From Candidatus Aminicenantes bacterium (GTDB lineage Bacteria; Acidobacteriota; Aminicenantia; Aminicenantales; JAFGBC01), in assembly GCA_963702005.1 (NCBI GenBank), contig OY969696.1, positions 2,048,001 through 2,112,000 of the forward strand: a stretch of DNA of 64,000 nt. The letters run 5' to 3'. Positions 9,505-19,571 of this stretch are shown piece after piece (the stretch's first letter is position 1; each line of letters starts with the position of its first letter). The position numbers and the translations under genes were made by a program. The notes beneath the pieces were generated by a model. The model made no database searches, was not told the DNA's origin, and saw only the letters and a list, made by a program, of their open reading frames with translations.

Positions 9505-10973
9505 GTCTTGCGTCTCCCGAGGCGGAGGCGCAGAAAAACCCGGGCCATGACGGCGTAGCGCCGCACGTCGCCCAAGGATCGCATGTTCTTGAGAACGCGC
9601 GGGATCTTGCGGGCGATCGAGATCCGGCCTCCGCCCAAGGACCAGCGGAAGAGGAGCTCGCTGACCTGGGCCCAGGACAGCTTGTCGATGAAGAGCGGGA
9701 CGTCGCCCTGGGCCGCGGGCAACGTGATAATGCGCCGGTCGTGCCGTCTGGCCCAGCTGAAATCCCGCGGAAGCACGCCCAGGTCCTTGGCGGTCCGCTC
9801 CAGGGGCGTTCCGGGATAGACGTGGAGGATGGCCACGGTCGCCTCGACTCGGCCATTGTACGCCTCGACGATCTTGATCGTCTCCCGGGCTTCTTCCCAG
9901 GTCTCGGTCGGGTGGCTGAAGATGAAGAAGGCGTTGGGGATGATCCCCAGCTCCTCGCACCAGCGGACCAGGTTGTGGAAATCGGCGATATCGATCTTTT
10001 TCCCGATGACCTGATTCCGGACCCGTTCGGAGCCCGCCTCGAGCCCGAAGGAAAGGTGGAAGAGCCCGGCCCGTTTCATCTTGGCCAGCAGGGGCTTGTC
10101 GATGAGGTCGAGACGGGCCTCGCAGCGCCATCGGATGTCGAGCTTGCGCTCCACAATAAGGTCGCAGATCCGCCCGACCCGCTTGGGGTCGGCGTTGAAG
10201 GTGTCGTCGTAGAAGAAAACGACCTTGGCGCCGTAGCGGCGGACGAGGCTTTCGATCTCGTCGACGACGTTCTCGGGCGAGCGCATCCGGACGCGGCGCC
10301 CCCAGTTGATGGGCGTCGCGCAGAAATTGCAGATAAAGGGGCAGCCGCGGCTGGTCATGATATTGACGGCCGGGAGCGGTCCTTGGCCGGGGACGTCGAT
10401 GACGAAGTTGTATTTCTCGAAGGGGACGAGGTGGAAGGCCGGAAAGGGGAGAGTGTCCAGGTCTTTGATGGGGGGGCGGGCCGGCGCCGCGACGAGCCGG
10501 CCCTCGACCCTCAGAACACAGCCGGGGACGGTGGCGGCCCTTGCCGGGTCGAGGTTTCCCTCCCATGCCCGGCAGAGTTCGGCCATGGTCCGCTCGCCCT
10601 CGCCCCGGACGACGAGGTCCAGCTCGGGGATGTGGACGAGGGTGTCCTCCGCGGCCATCGAAGCGTGGGGACCGCCCAGGACGGTCAGGGCCTTGGGCCG
10701 GGTCTTCTTGGCCAGGCGGATGAGCTTGAAGCTTTGGAAGCGGTTCTCGGTCGTCGAGGTCACGCCGATGATGTCGGGCTCGAAGCGGCGGATGGCCCGC
10801 GCGATCGCTCGCCGGCTCAGGCCGAGGACGTCGGCCGGGACGATCTCGACCTCGACGCCCTCCTTCTCGAGGACCGCCGCGATGGATAGAATCCCCAGCG
10901 GCGGCATGCTCGAGCCCCGCGACCAGCGCTCGGCGAAGTAGCCGCCGGGCGGGACGAACAGCTGGACTTTCAC
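9501..10973 (-). CDS. B12-binding domain radical SAM protein
   Basis: PPLG and GGPHAS in the B12-binding N-terminus; SRGCPFICNFC (CxxxCxxC); DDTF. Confidence 0.9.
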   Translation of the reverse strand: MKVQLFVPPGGYFAERWSRGSSMPPLGILSIAAVLEKEGVEVEIVPADVLGLSRRAIARAIRRFEPDIIGVTSTTENRFQSFKLIRLAKKTRPKALTVLGGPHASMAAEDTLVHIPELDLVVRGEGERTMAELCRAWEGNLDPARAATVPGCVLRVEGRLVAAPARPPIKDLDTLPFPAFHLVPFEKYNFVIDVPGQGPLPAVNIMTSRGCPFICNFCATPINWGRRVRMRSPENVVDEIESLVRRYGAKVVFFYDDTFNADPKRVGRICDLIVERKLDIRWRCEARLDLIDKPLLAKMKRAGLFHLSFGLEAGSERVRNQVIGKKIDIADFHNLVRWCEELGIIPNAFFIFSHPTETWEEARETIKIVEAYNGRVEATVAILHVYPGTPLERTAKDLGVLPRDFSWARRHDRRIITLPAAQGDVPLFIDKLSWAQVSELLFRWSLGGGRISIARKIPRVLKNMRSLGDVRRYAVMARVFLRLRLGRRKT

Positions 10974-13900
10974 GGCGCTTCTCGTCCGGGCGGAGCTTCG
11001 GGGCCGCCCTCTTTTCGATCGAGCTTGACCGAGTAGATGCTGGTAATGTTGGGCTCGGCCATGGTCGTCCCGTAGATGAAGTCTGCGACCTCCATCGTCT
11101 TGAAGTTGTGGGTGACGATGATGAACTGGGTCTCCTTCTTGATCGTCTTCATCAACTCCAGGAAGCGGCCCAGGTTGACCTCGTCCAGGGCGGCGTCGAC
11201 CTCGTCCAGGATGCAGAAGGGCGTCGGTTTGTAGCGGAACAGGGCGAACAAGAAGGCCAGGCTGGTCAGCGTCTTTTCGCCGCCCGAAAGGAGGGCCAGG
11301 TTCTGGACCTTCTTGCCCGGCGGCTGGACGACGATCTCGACCCCGCTCTCGAGCGGCGTCTCGGGCTCGCTCAGCTTAACCTCGGCCGTGCCTCCCTTGA
11401 AAAGAATGGCGAAGATGTCCTGGAAATTCTTGTTGACGGCCTCGATGGCCTTGAGAAACTGGGAGCGGCTCTCGTCGTCGATCTTGCGGATGGCCTCCTG
11501 AGTCGTGTCGATGGACTGGCGGAGGTCGTTCCTCTGCTGGGTGAGGAAGTCGTAGCGCTCCTTCTGGGCCTGGTATTCCTCTTCGGCCATCAGGTTGACG
11601 GCCTTGAAGCGCTGGAGGTCTTCGCGGGCCTCATCGAGCCGGCTCTCGACGTCCTGGTCGGAGAGGTCCTCGCCCTGGGGCTCGAGCTTGATCTCCATCA
11701 GGGTCTTCTTGAGCTCCTGCCAGCAGCTTTCCTCGAGGTTGATCCGGTCACGCTCGGTTTCGGCCTTGCCGACCTCCCAGCGGACCCGCTCCTCCTTGAG
11801 GACCTCGAGGTCCTCCCTGGCCTTGGCGATCCGGCGCTCCTTTTCCTCGATCCCGCTCCGGAGCTCGTGGAGCCGCGCTTCGTCGCTCCCCAGCTCCTTC
11901 TCCTTGAGGCCGCGCTCGTCCTCGAGGGCTTTGATCCGGTGCGCCAGCTCGTCGATGCCGGCGCGGAGCCCGGCTTCTTCCCGGTCGCAGCTCCGGATCT
12001 CGTCCTCCAGGGAGCGGACCTTGGCCTGGGCCGCCTCGCGCCGCTGAGCGAGACTCCGGGCCTGCTGGCGGGCATTGGCGATTCTTTCTTCGAGAAGATC
12101 CCGGCCGGCTTTGAGTTCGATATGTTCCTGCCATTTTCGGCTGACCGCGTCCATGAAACCGGCCAGGTCCCGTTCGGCGGACTCGAGGCGGCTCTTGATC
12201 TCGGCCTCCACGGCCTCGGCCTCCCGGAGCCGGAGTCCCAATCCTTCACGGCGCCGGCCGAGCTCATCCTTATCGCGATGCTGGACCTCGTATTCTTTGC
12301 CGAGGATATCGAGGGCGTTCCCGATCTTGTCCTTCTCGGCGCGGCCGAACTCGAGTTCCTTGCCGATCTCCGCCATCCGCCGCTCGTCCTCGGTCTTTAA
12401 AGCCGTCTCGCTCTCGAGTTCCCGACCGACTTTCTCGACGGAGCCGAGGATTTCTCGGCGGGCGGTCACGAGGGGCAGGATTTCGAGGTCGTGGCCCGCG
12501 ATCCTGTCCTCGCAGGCTTTGATCTCGCGGGCGAGCATCACCAGGCCCTCACCGCGCTGGCCCGCTTTGACCAAACCCGAAGCCAGGACGATGTCGCCTT
12601 GCAGGGTCGCGAAGTTCAAATCCGGGTAGCGGCTCCAAAGCCGGACGGCCGCGGCCAAGTCGGAGACGATGACCGCCTCGGGCAGACGATCGAAAGCCTC
12701 GGAGGCGCGCGGGCCGGGCCGGACCTTGGACTTGAGGAATCCCAGGACCTCGGGTTCGCTGAGAGGGGGAGGAGGCGCCGTTTTGGCCTCGGCCGGGACG
12801 AGGAGGAAATTCCCGCGAATGGCTTCGCCGGTCAATGCGGCCAGGAAATCCTGGGCCGGAATGAGCAGGGCACGCGATTCTTCCTTCCAGAAGAGGTCCA
12901 CCAGCGGCGCGTGGGCGTCGTCGGCTTGGATGAGATAGGCCAAGATCCCGCGCGAGCCGGGGAGGGGAGGGGCGGCGTTCGTCTCCCGCTCCTTGGCTTC
13001 GAGCGTCGAGAGAGCCTGGAAGTGGAACGAGGCTTCCTCGCGCTTGGACCTGAGGGCGGCCAGCTCCCGCCCGAGCGATTCGGCCTTGGCTTCGCTCTCC
13101 GCCGCCGCGGTCCGGAGCTCGCCGATCCGCGTCTCTCTCGTTTCGATCCCGCGCTTGAGATCGCCGAGGGCGGCCTCGTCCCGTCCGAGTTTCTCCTCCT
13201 GGAGCGCCAGGAGCTTGCGCTGGGCCGCGACCTGGGCCCGATGCTTTTCCTCCTGCCGGAGGATGAATTCCCATTCCTTGTCCAGGCGGAGCGACTCGTT
13301 CCGGCTCTCGGTCAGCACGGACACCCGCTGAAGGTGATGCCCGCGCAGGTCCTCGATCTCTCTCTCGAGAGCCGGGATTCGCTCCTTGGCGCCCTGGCTT
13401 TCGGATCCGGCCCGCTCGACCTCGCCGTGCTTCTCGGCCAGGGTTCGGGCGAGCTCTTCGAGGCCGCTGTCGTTCTCCGCGATCTCTTTTTCCAGGACGG
13501 CCAGCTCCCGCCCGAATTCCTCCAGGCCGGCGGCGGACTTCCGTTTTTCCTCTTCGAAGAAGTCGATGCGCCGGGTGTCCTTTTCGCGGTCGGATTCGAT
13601 CTTGACCGTCTGGGACTTCAGCCCGTAGAGGTGCTCCTGCCGGGATTTGATGACCTGCTCGAGATCCCAAACATCCTTGCGCCGGGAGGCGATTTCCTTT
13701 TCGATCTCGTGGATGAGCCCGACCAGGTCCCGCTCCCGATTCAGGGATTTGTTGAAACGGCCCGTCACCTCCTCGAGGCTGGCTTCGACCTGGCGGACCC
13801 GGCGCTGGAAATGGATTCCGGTCAGCTCGCGGATCTTTTCCCGGAGCTTCCGGTAGCGGTTGGCGGCCGAAGCCTGGCGCTGGAGGGAGTTTTTGGCCTT

Positions 13901-14488
13901 CTCGACCTCGGCGACGATGTCCTCGAGCCGGAGGAGATTCTGCTCGCTCAACTCGAGTTTGCTTTCGGCCTGCTTGCGTTTGTCCTTGTAGAAAGCCGTG
14001 CCCGCCGCCTCCTCGAGAAGCAGCCGCTTTTCCTGGGGCTTGGAAGTGACGAACAAGCCGATCGCGCCCTGCTCGATGACGTAGTAATCTTTCTCGGCGA
14101 CGTCCCGCTTCCAGAGCGTGTCCTGAATGTCCTTGAGCCGGGCGACCTTGCCGTTGAGGCGGTACTCGCTGTCGCCCGACCGGAAGACGCGGTGGTTGAT
14201 GGTGAGCTCCTCGTCGGTCCCCGCGTCCCCCAGGATCAGGGTGACGTCGGCCATGCCCAGGGGAGGGCGCTTGGCGTTTCCGTTGAAGATGATGTCGTCG
14301 ACCTTGTCGGCCCGGACGGCCTTCATCCGCTGGCCGCCCAAGGCCCAGAGGGTCGAATCGATGATGTTGGACTTGCCCGTCCCGTTGGGGCCGACGATGG
14401 CCGTGATCCCGGGGTGGAAGACGACCTTGGTCCTTTCCCCGAAGGACTTAAAGCCCTGGATTTCGATGCGTTTGATGAGCATGGCCAT
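10970..14488 (-). CDS. smc: Chromosome segregation protein SMC
   Basis: GFKSF, Walker A GPNGTGKSN, long coiled coils with hinge, LSGGE signature, LDEVDAALD Walker B/D-loop. Confidence 0.95.
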   Translation of the reverse strand: MAMLIKRIEIQGFKSFGERTKVVFHPGITAIVGPNGTGKSNIIDSTLWALGGQRMKAVRADKVDDIIFNGNAKRPPLGMADVTLILGDAGTDEELTINHRVFRSGDSEYRLNGKVARLKDIQDTLWKRDVAEKDYYVIEQGAIGLFVTSKPQEKRLLLEEAAGTAFYKDKRKQAESKLELSEQNLLRLEDIVAEVEKAKNSLQRQASAANRYRKLREKIRELTGIHFQRRVRQVEASLEEVTGRFNKSLNRERDLVGLIHEIEKEIASRRKDVWDLEQVIKSRQEHLYGLKSQTVKIESDREKDTRRIDFFEEEKRKSAAGLEEFGRELAVLEKEIAENDSGLEELARTLAEKHGEVERAGSESQGAKERIPALEREIEDLRGHHLQRVSVLTESRNESLRLDKEWEFILRQEEKHRAQVAAQRKLLALQEEKLGRDEAALGDLKRGIETRETRIGELRTAAAESEAKAESLGRELAALRSKREEASFHFQALSTLEAKERETNAAPPLPGSRGILAYLIQADDAHAPLVDLFWKEESRALLIPAQDFLAALTGEAIRGNFLLVPAEAKTAPPPPLSEPEVLGFLKSKVRPGPRASEAFDRLPEAVIVSDLAAAVRLWSRYPDLNFATLQGDIVLASGLVKAGQRGEGLVMLAREIKACEDRIAGHDLEILPLVTARREILGSVEKVGRELESETALKTEDERRMAEIGKELEFGRAEKDKIGNALDILGKEYEVQHRDKDELGRRREGLGLRLREAEAVEAEIKSRLESAERDLAGFMDAVSRKWQEHIELKAGRDLLEERIANARQQARSLAQRREAAQAKVRSLEDEIRSCDREEAGLRAGIDELAHRIKALEDERGLKEKELGSDEARLHELRSGIEEKERRIAKAREDLEVLKEERVRWEVGKAETERDRINLEESCWQELKKTLMEIKLEPQGEDLSDQDVESRLDEAREDLQRFKAVNLMAEEEYQAQKERYDFLTQQRNDLRQSIDTTQEAIRKIDDESRSQFLKAIEAVNKNFQDIFAILFKGGTAEVKLSEPETPLESGVEIVVQPPGKKVQNLALLSGGEKTLTSLAFLFALFRYKPTPFCILDEVDAALDEVNLGRFLELMKTIKKETQFIIVTHNFKTMEVADFIYGTTMAEPNITSIYSVKLDRKEGGPEAPPGREAP

Positions 14489-14499
14489 GGGTAAAAAAA

Positions 14500-14572
14500 A
14501 GCCAGCGGGGGGGCTCGAACCCTCGACCTGCTGATTACGAATCAGCCGCTCTACCGACTGAGCTACGCTGGC
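14500..14572 (-). tRNA. tRNA-Thr (anticodon CGT)
   Basis: Reverse complement GCCAGCGTAGCTCAGTCGGTAGAGCGGCTGATTCGTAATCAGCAGGTCGAGGGTTCGAGCCCCCCCGCTGGCT folds as a cloverleaf; CCA not encoded. Confidence 0.95.
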
Positions 14573-14614
14573 CCAGCCAAGATTCTACATACCCCGGCCC
14601 CTAAAATCAATATC

Positions 14615-14757
14615 GGGGAATTTGGGAGACGTGAACGAGATTTGGGGACATGTGCCGATTTTCTTAAATCGGTAACGTGTCCCCAAATCTCAATGGAGGA
14701 ATTCCGGGGACACGTAACTTATTTCAAGAGAAATAAGCAACATGTCCCCGGAATTCC
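14615..14757. repeat. Family A palindromic repeats (GGGGACA...TGTCCCC)
   Basis: ~58-bp GAACGAGATTTGGGGACATGTGCCGATTTTCTTAAATCGGTAACGTGTCCCCAAATCT plus a variant copy at ~14700-14756. Confidence 0.85.
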
Positions 14758-14826
14758 GCCGGCATAAAGGATGGGAGAATTTGCCGATCTATACTAAAAT
14801 AGATAGGTATCTTGAGGAGGTTAGGA

Positions 14827-16032
14827 ATGGCTATTCGAAGGTTGGTTTTCTCTTTCCTGGGGCTGGCGATCCTGGCGGCGGCCGCGCCCGCTCAAGACGT
14901 GAACCTGCTCGCTCTCGGCGAGGGGACGCTCCCGGTCGTCGAGCCCGCCACCTATTCAAGCTGGCCGGTCGTATACATGCTCGATGACGAAGCGGGCTCC
15001 GGCTGGGCTTGCGAGGAAGGGAAGATCGGGCCGAGCGTTTTTGTCTTTGAAATACAGGGATTGGCGACCCTGAACGCGTTTGAGTTCGACACCGCTGAGA
15101 TCGACGGCGAAAGCCGGGGAGCCAAGGACGTCACGGTCGAAGTGTCCCCGACCTCGAAAGACTCGGGATTCCAGAAAGTCCTTCAGGCGACACTGGCCGA
15201 TCAGCAGGACGGGCAGCGCTTCGCCGCCCAAGTTAAAACGGCAGGCCGCTTTGTGAGGTTGACGATCCACAACAACCACGGTGACGGAAGCTGGACCGAG
15301 CTCATGAGCTTCCGCGGTTACGGCCCCCGGCCGCAGCCGTCCGGCGCGAGCGTCAACATCAGCGGCGCCTACCACACGAATTACAATGACTTCCACCTCC
15401 GCCAGCAAGGGACCGCGCTCACCGGGTGCTATGAGTGGAGCGAGGGTGTCTTTGAGGGTACGGTCGAGGGACGCGTCATGAAGCTGACCTGGGTTCAGTC
15501 CAACGGCCGCGGCCCGGCCGTGTTCGTCTTCGCCCCCGACGGCCTGAGCTTCCAGGGCTATTGGTGGCGCGATACCGACAAGGGCAAGCGGCCGGACGGC
15601 GACTGGAACGGCACCCGGTTCAGCGAACAGGTCGGCCAATGCCCGCACTGGTCGGGTTCGGTTTCCGGCGAGCTCCGCAAAGACCTGGCAGCGTCCGGCC
15701 GCGCGCGCCTCTACGGCATCCTATTCGACATAGACTCGGCCAAGATCCGGGCCGAGTCCTACCCGACGCTCGACGAGGTCGTCAAGCTCCTCGGCAGCGA
15801 GCCTTCCTGGAAGCTGACGATCGAAGGCCACACCGATTCGTCCGGAAGCCCGGCCCACAACCAGACCCTTTCCGAACAGCGCGCGCAGTCCGTCAAGGAC
15901 TACCTGGTGTCCAAGGGAGTCGCCGTCGGCCGGCTTTCCACGGCGGGTTTCGGACAAACGAAGCCCGTCGCCGGCAACGAAACCGAGCTGGGCAGGGCCC
16001 AGAACCGACGGGTGGAGCTGGTCCGAAACTGA
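14827..16032 (+). CDS. OmpA family protein with N-terminal discoidin/F5-8-like domain
   Basis: Signal peptide; GRFVRLTIHNNHG discoidin-like segment; C-terminal ILFDIDSA, EGHTD, LSEQRA, NRRVE. Confidence 0.82.
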   Translation: MAIRRLVFSFLGLAILAAAAPAQDVNLLALGEGTLPVVEPATYSSWPVVYMLDDEAGSGWACEEGKIGPSVFVFEIQGLATLNAFEFDTAEIDGESRGAKDVTVEVSPTSKDSGFQKVLQATLADQQDGQRFAAQVKTAGRFVRLTIHNNHGDGSWTELMSFRGYGPRPQPSGASVNISGAYHTNYNDFHLRQQGTALTGCYEWSEGVFEGTVEGRVMKLTWVQSNGRGPAVFVFAPDGLSFQGYWWRDTDKGKRPDGDWNGTRFSEQVGQCPHWSGSVSGELRKDLAASGRARLYGILFDIDSAKIRAESYPTLDEVVKLLGSEPSWKLTIEGHTDSSGSPAHNQTLSEQRAQSVKDYLVSKGVAVGRLSTAGFGQTKPVAGNETELGRAQNRRVELVRN

Positions 16033-16039
16033 CTACCGA

Positions 16040-16110
16040 ATTCGGGGAACATGAACGAGATTTGGGGACATGTGCCGATTTTCTTAAATCGGTAACGTGT
16101 CCCCAAATCT
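16040..16110. repeat. Family A palindromic repeat
   Basis: Identical 58-bp core to 14633-14690; lies between convergent genes and supplies the VanZ gene stop codon. Confidence 0.88.
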
Positions 16111-17463
16111 GGGGGCGAAGGCCCAGAGGGCCGCAATTCCGATAAAGCCCAGTCCGAGCAGAACCCAGGCCAGGTTCTCGTTCAAATAGTTATGAGGCGT
16201 GAAGGCGACCGTGCTGACGTAGGCGAACGAAATCCCCTCGGCCTTTGATTCGACCGCGCGCCGAGTTGCTTCGTCCCAGCCGTATCCCGTGGCCCGGAGC
16301 GTCTCGGGGAAATATTTTTCGAGGAGCCTATTCTCCTTACAGGCCGCCACGATCGCTTTGTCCCTCTCGTCCCGGGACCCTTCCGTCCGCCGGCGGTCCA
16401 GCATCTGGTCACGGCGCAGAACATGGGCCTTGAACTCCTGGAGGAACGGGTAGAAGAGTCTGGGATATACATTCAGGAACTCGATATAGTTGCGGCCCTC
16501 CCATTCCTTGAGGATCGGGGCGTACTCGGCGGCCTTGGCCCGGTCGGTCCGACTGATTTCGCGCTTCGTCATACGCGAATGGAAAGTTCCGACTTCAGGG
16601 TCCTTGTATCGGTACTTGAACTCGAACACGTTCTCTTCGTTCCGGAGGAAGGACAAGGCCGGAACGGCCTGAATCAACTTCTCGACCCGGCGCGGCGTCG
16701 CCGATATCAAGAGGCCGAGGCAGACGAGGTTCGCGGCCAGAAGGACGCAGACCCGGCGCAGGGTTCGGGCCCGGACCCGCTCTCCTATCAGGACGGGCGC
16801 GATCCCTTTCCAGATCCCGACCTGGATCAGGACCGAAGCGAGGGCGTTGACTCCGACGTCGCGGATGTCGATGTAGCGGCGGGGCATCAGCCATTGGAGG
16901 AATTCGTCGAAGAATCCGACCAGACAGCCGACGAGGCAGGCGGCCGGGTAAATCGTCCAATCGCGGGTCGAAAAACTCAGGGCGATGAACAGGGCGATTC
17001 CCAGCAATCCGTACTCTATGAAATGGACGCTTTCTTCGGGGTTCGCCCTGAGCTGATAGGTAAAATATAAATAGAAGCCGGCTACGGCCGCCGTCCAGAC
17101 GTAGTTCGAGACCTTGTGGATTTTCCGGTCGAAGATGAGATAGGTAAGAACAAGGGCCAGGGCGGCGACGACGGCGAAGACCACGCCCGTCCCGAATATG
17201 GCCCGCCCCCACCGCTTCGAGACGAAGAACTGGATGGCGCGCGCCGTGGGGACGAACAGGAAGATGGCGAGAGCGCAGAGGGCCGCCAGGACCCAGGCGG
17301 CGGGCCGGGTGATGTGGATCTCGATTCCGCGTTTGCTGATCTTCAAGGCCGGCGTCCTCCCTTCGTTTCGGCCGGAAATCGCCTTCCGATCCGATGGACG
17401 CCCAGGCCCGGATTTTTTTCTCACACGGGACTCCGGTCTCGCCCCCTGAGCTTTCTGTTCCAT
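16084..17463 (-). CDS. VanZ-like family membrane protein
   Basis: Multiple TM segments; HFIEYGLL, DEFLQWLMPRRYIDIRDVGVN VanZ-like motif; start uncertain. Confidence 0.7.
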   Translation of the reverse strand: MEQKAQGARPESRVRKKSGPGRPSDRKAISGRNEGRTPALKISKRGIEIHITRPAAWVLAALCALAIFLFVPTARAIQFFVSKRWGRAIFGTGVVFAVVAALALVLTYLIFDRKIHKVSNYVWTAAVAGFYLYFTYQLRANPEESVHFIEYGLLGIALFIALSFSTRDWTIYPAACLVGCLVGFFDEFLQWLMPRRYIDIRDVGVNALASVLIQVGIWKGIAPVLIGERVRARTLRRVCVLLAANLVCLGLLISATPRRVEKLIQAVPALSFLRNEENVFEFKYRYKDPEVGTFHSRMTKREISRTDRAKAAEYAPILKEWEGRNYIEFLNVYPRLFYPFLQEFKAHVLRRDQMLDRRRTEGSRDERDKAIVAACKENRLLEKYFPETLRATGYGWDEATRRAVESKAEGISFAYVSTVAFTPHNYLNENLAWVLLGLGFIGIAALWAFAPRFGDTLPI

Positions 17464-17625
17464 GCGGCCTAGTATATAATAAGAAAGGAATCCGAGGGAA
17501 TATCTTCCGATTCCGGGTGTAATAGGCATGGGAGCTCCGATGACCCGTTCGCTGACCCCAAACCCCGCCTCTCAACACTCACTCGCCAGAAGCGGCTCAT
17601 GAGTGCACTTCGGGGCGGGGATGAG

Positions 17626-18261
17626 ATGCAAGGCTCAGGGTCATCCGCGAACAAGCCCCGGCCTGAAGGCCAGGGAGTCGGCGGAGTGAATGAGCCGGAA
17701 CGTCTGGAGGAACGGAGACTCGTCGCCCAAGCCCGGAAGGGAGATATGACAGCTTTCGAAACCCTGGTCAAAACCCATCAGCGGCTCATCTATGCCATCT
17801 GCCTGCGGATGACGGGGGCCCATCAGACGGCCGACGACCTTGCCCAGGAGACCTTCGTCAAGGCCTACTTCGCCCTGTCCGGTTTCAAGGAGGGCATGAG
17901 TTTCGTCGCCTGGCTGCGGACGATCGCCGTCAACAACTCCCTCAACTATCTTCGGCTGCGGAAGAAGGAGGTCTCGCTCGACGCCTTGGGCCTGGAAGCC
18001 CCCAAGGCCGACCCCGTCCCGGCCCGCGTCCGGGCGGACGAGCCGGCCGACGCCGTCGTGCGCCGTCAGGCCGAGCAGAAGTTCCGGGAGGCCGTCGAGG
18101 CCCTCCCGCCGGAGCAGAAGTCCGTGTTCGTGCTCCGCTTCTACGAGAACCAGGACTACGGCGAGATCGCCCGCGCCCTGGGTCTCTCTCCCGGCACCGT
18201 CATGTCGCGGCTGAGCCGGGCCCGGCAGAAGATCCGGTCCCTGATGACCGGGTACTTGTGA
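17626..18261 (+). CDS. ECF RNA polymerase sigma-70 factor
   Basis: ADDLAQETFVKAY, FVAWLRTIAVN, region 4.2 YGEIARALGLSPGTVMSRLSRAR; start uncertain. Confidence 0.9.
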   Translation: MQGSGSSANKPRPEGQGVGGVNEPERLEERRLVAQARKGDMTAFETLVKTHQRLIYAICLRMTGAHQTADDLAQETFVKAYFALSGFKEGMSFVAWLRTIAVNNSLNYLRLRKKEVSLDALGLEAPKADPVPARVRADEPADAVVRRQAEQKFREAVEALPPEQKSVFVLRFYENQDYGEIARALGLSPGTVMSRLSRARQKIRSLMTGYL

Positions 18262-19268
18262 TGGAGGCGCCGATGAGACACGCGAAATGGAACGACCTCC
18301 TGAACGGCTACTTTGACAAACAGCTCAGCCCGCGCCTCGCCGCCAAGGTCGAGAAGCACCTGGCCGGCTGCCGCGCCTGCGCCGAAGAACTGGCCGCCCT
18401 CCGGAAACTCGAGACGTTCGCGACCGTCCTTCCCCCCATGCCCGACGACGAAGCCTACTGGTCCGCTTTCCCGGACCGGGTCAAGGCCAGGATCGTTCAG
18501 GCTCAAGCCTCCGGGGCTCCCCGCAAGGAGGCCGATATGTTTAACGATTCCTTCTTTAAACCGACCCGCGATATCAAACTCAAGGCCGTCGTTTTCCCGC
18601 TTTCGGTGGCGGCCCACGCCATCCTGGCCCTGTTCCTGATCATCGCCCCGCTGCTGAAGACGGGGCAGATGCCGGAGATTCAGATTTACAGCGCGTTCTT
18701 AGCGCCGCCGCCCGCTCCGCCTCCGCCTCCGCCGCCGCCTGCCAAGAAGCGGACCAGCTCGCAGGCGCGGACGCGGATCAAACCCGTCCAGGCCCAGTCG
18801 ACGGCGACCCCGGGCCGGCTGGTCGCCCCGGTCGAAGTCCCTCAGGAGATCGCCGAAGAGCAGGTCTCCGACCTGGGCGTCGAAGGCGGCGTTGAGGGCG
18901 GGGTCGAGGGTGGCGTTGTCGGCGGCGTCCTGGGCGGGGTCGTGGGCGGCGTCCTGGGCGGGGTCGTGGGCGAGGTCGAGGCCCCGATCCGAGCCGTGGG
19001 CGAAATCAAGCCGCCCAGGCTCATCAAGCAAGTCCCGCCGGTCTATCCCGAGATCGCGCGTCAAGCGCGGGTCGAGGGGATCGTCATTCTCGAGGCCGTG
19101 ACCGACATCTACGGCCGGGTTATCCACTGGAAGGTCCTGCGCTCGATTCCGCTCCTGGACCAGGCGGCCATCGACGCCGTCAAGCAGTGGGTCTACGAGC
19201 CGATGATCATCAACGGCAAGCCGCGCGGAGTCATCTTCACTTTGACCGTCACATTCCAACTGAAGTAG
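18258..19268 (+). CDS. Zinc-finger anti-sigma (zf-HC2) fused to TonB family protein
   Basis: HLAGCRAC (HxxxCxxC); TM helix with SVAAH; poly-Pro and GGV repeats; TonB C-terminal PVYPEIARQARVEG...AVKQWVYEP. Confidence 0.85.
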   Translation: MMEAPMRHAKWNDLLNGYFDKQLSPRLAAKVEKHLAGCRACAEELAALRKLETFATVLPPMPDDEAYWSAFPDRVKARIVQAQASGAPRKEADMFNDSFFKPTRDIKLKAVVFPLSVAAHAILALFLIIAPLLKTGQMPEIQIYSAFLAPPPAPPPPPPPPAKKRTSSQARTRIKPVQAQSTATPGRLVAPVEVPQEIAEEQVSDLGVEGGVEGGVEGGVVGGVLGGVVGGVLGGVVGEVEAPIRAVGEIKPPRLIKQVPPVYPEIARQARVEGIVILEAVTDIYGRVIHWKVLRSIPLLDQAAIDAVKQWVYEPMIINGKPRGVIFTLTVTFQLK

Positions 19269-19299
19269 ACTTCCCTAATTCCTCTTATGTAGAACGGAA

Positions 19300-19480
19300 A
19301 TCGGGGGACATGAACGAGATTTGGGGACATGTGCCGATTTTCTTAAATCGGTAACGTGTCCCCGAATCTCTCCCAAATCTTGCAGAATCCTTTTTGGAAT
19401 TCCAGGGACACGATACCAAATCAAGAGATTTGGTTCATGTCCCCGGAATTCCTTGTGTCCCCGAATCTTATTGTGCCCCC
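19300..19480. repeat. Family A palindromic repeat cluster
   Basis: 58-bp core, a variant GGGACACGATACCAAATCAAGAGATTTGGTTCATGTCCCC, and extra TGTCCCC half-sites. Confidence 0.85.
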
Positions 19481-19571
19481 GCATCTGACCTGGAATAAAC
19501 CTCCTTTTGTCTTGTATGACTAGTGGAGGCCGCGGGAACGGTCCTCCGGAGTTCGACGAAAGGAGGCGAAC

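Noticed and set aside
9505-10566. N-terminal extension of the 695-aa HDAC ORF, and likewise of the 404-aa ORF 60344-61558
   Set aside because: The extensions overlap real genes in other frames; true starts are 9504 and 60760.
14500-14572. tRNA-Thr as the island integration site
   Set aside because: No integrase or duplicated tRNA 3' end was seen, and its 3' side leads directly into smc.
18885-18975. GGV/GGVL tandem repeats as a DNA repeat element
   Set aside because: Coding low-complexity linker typical of these TonB proteins.
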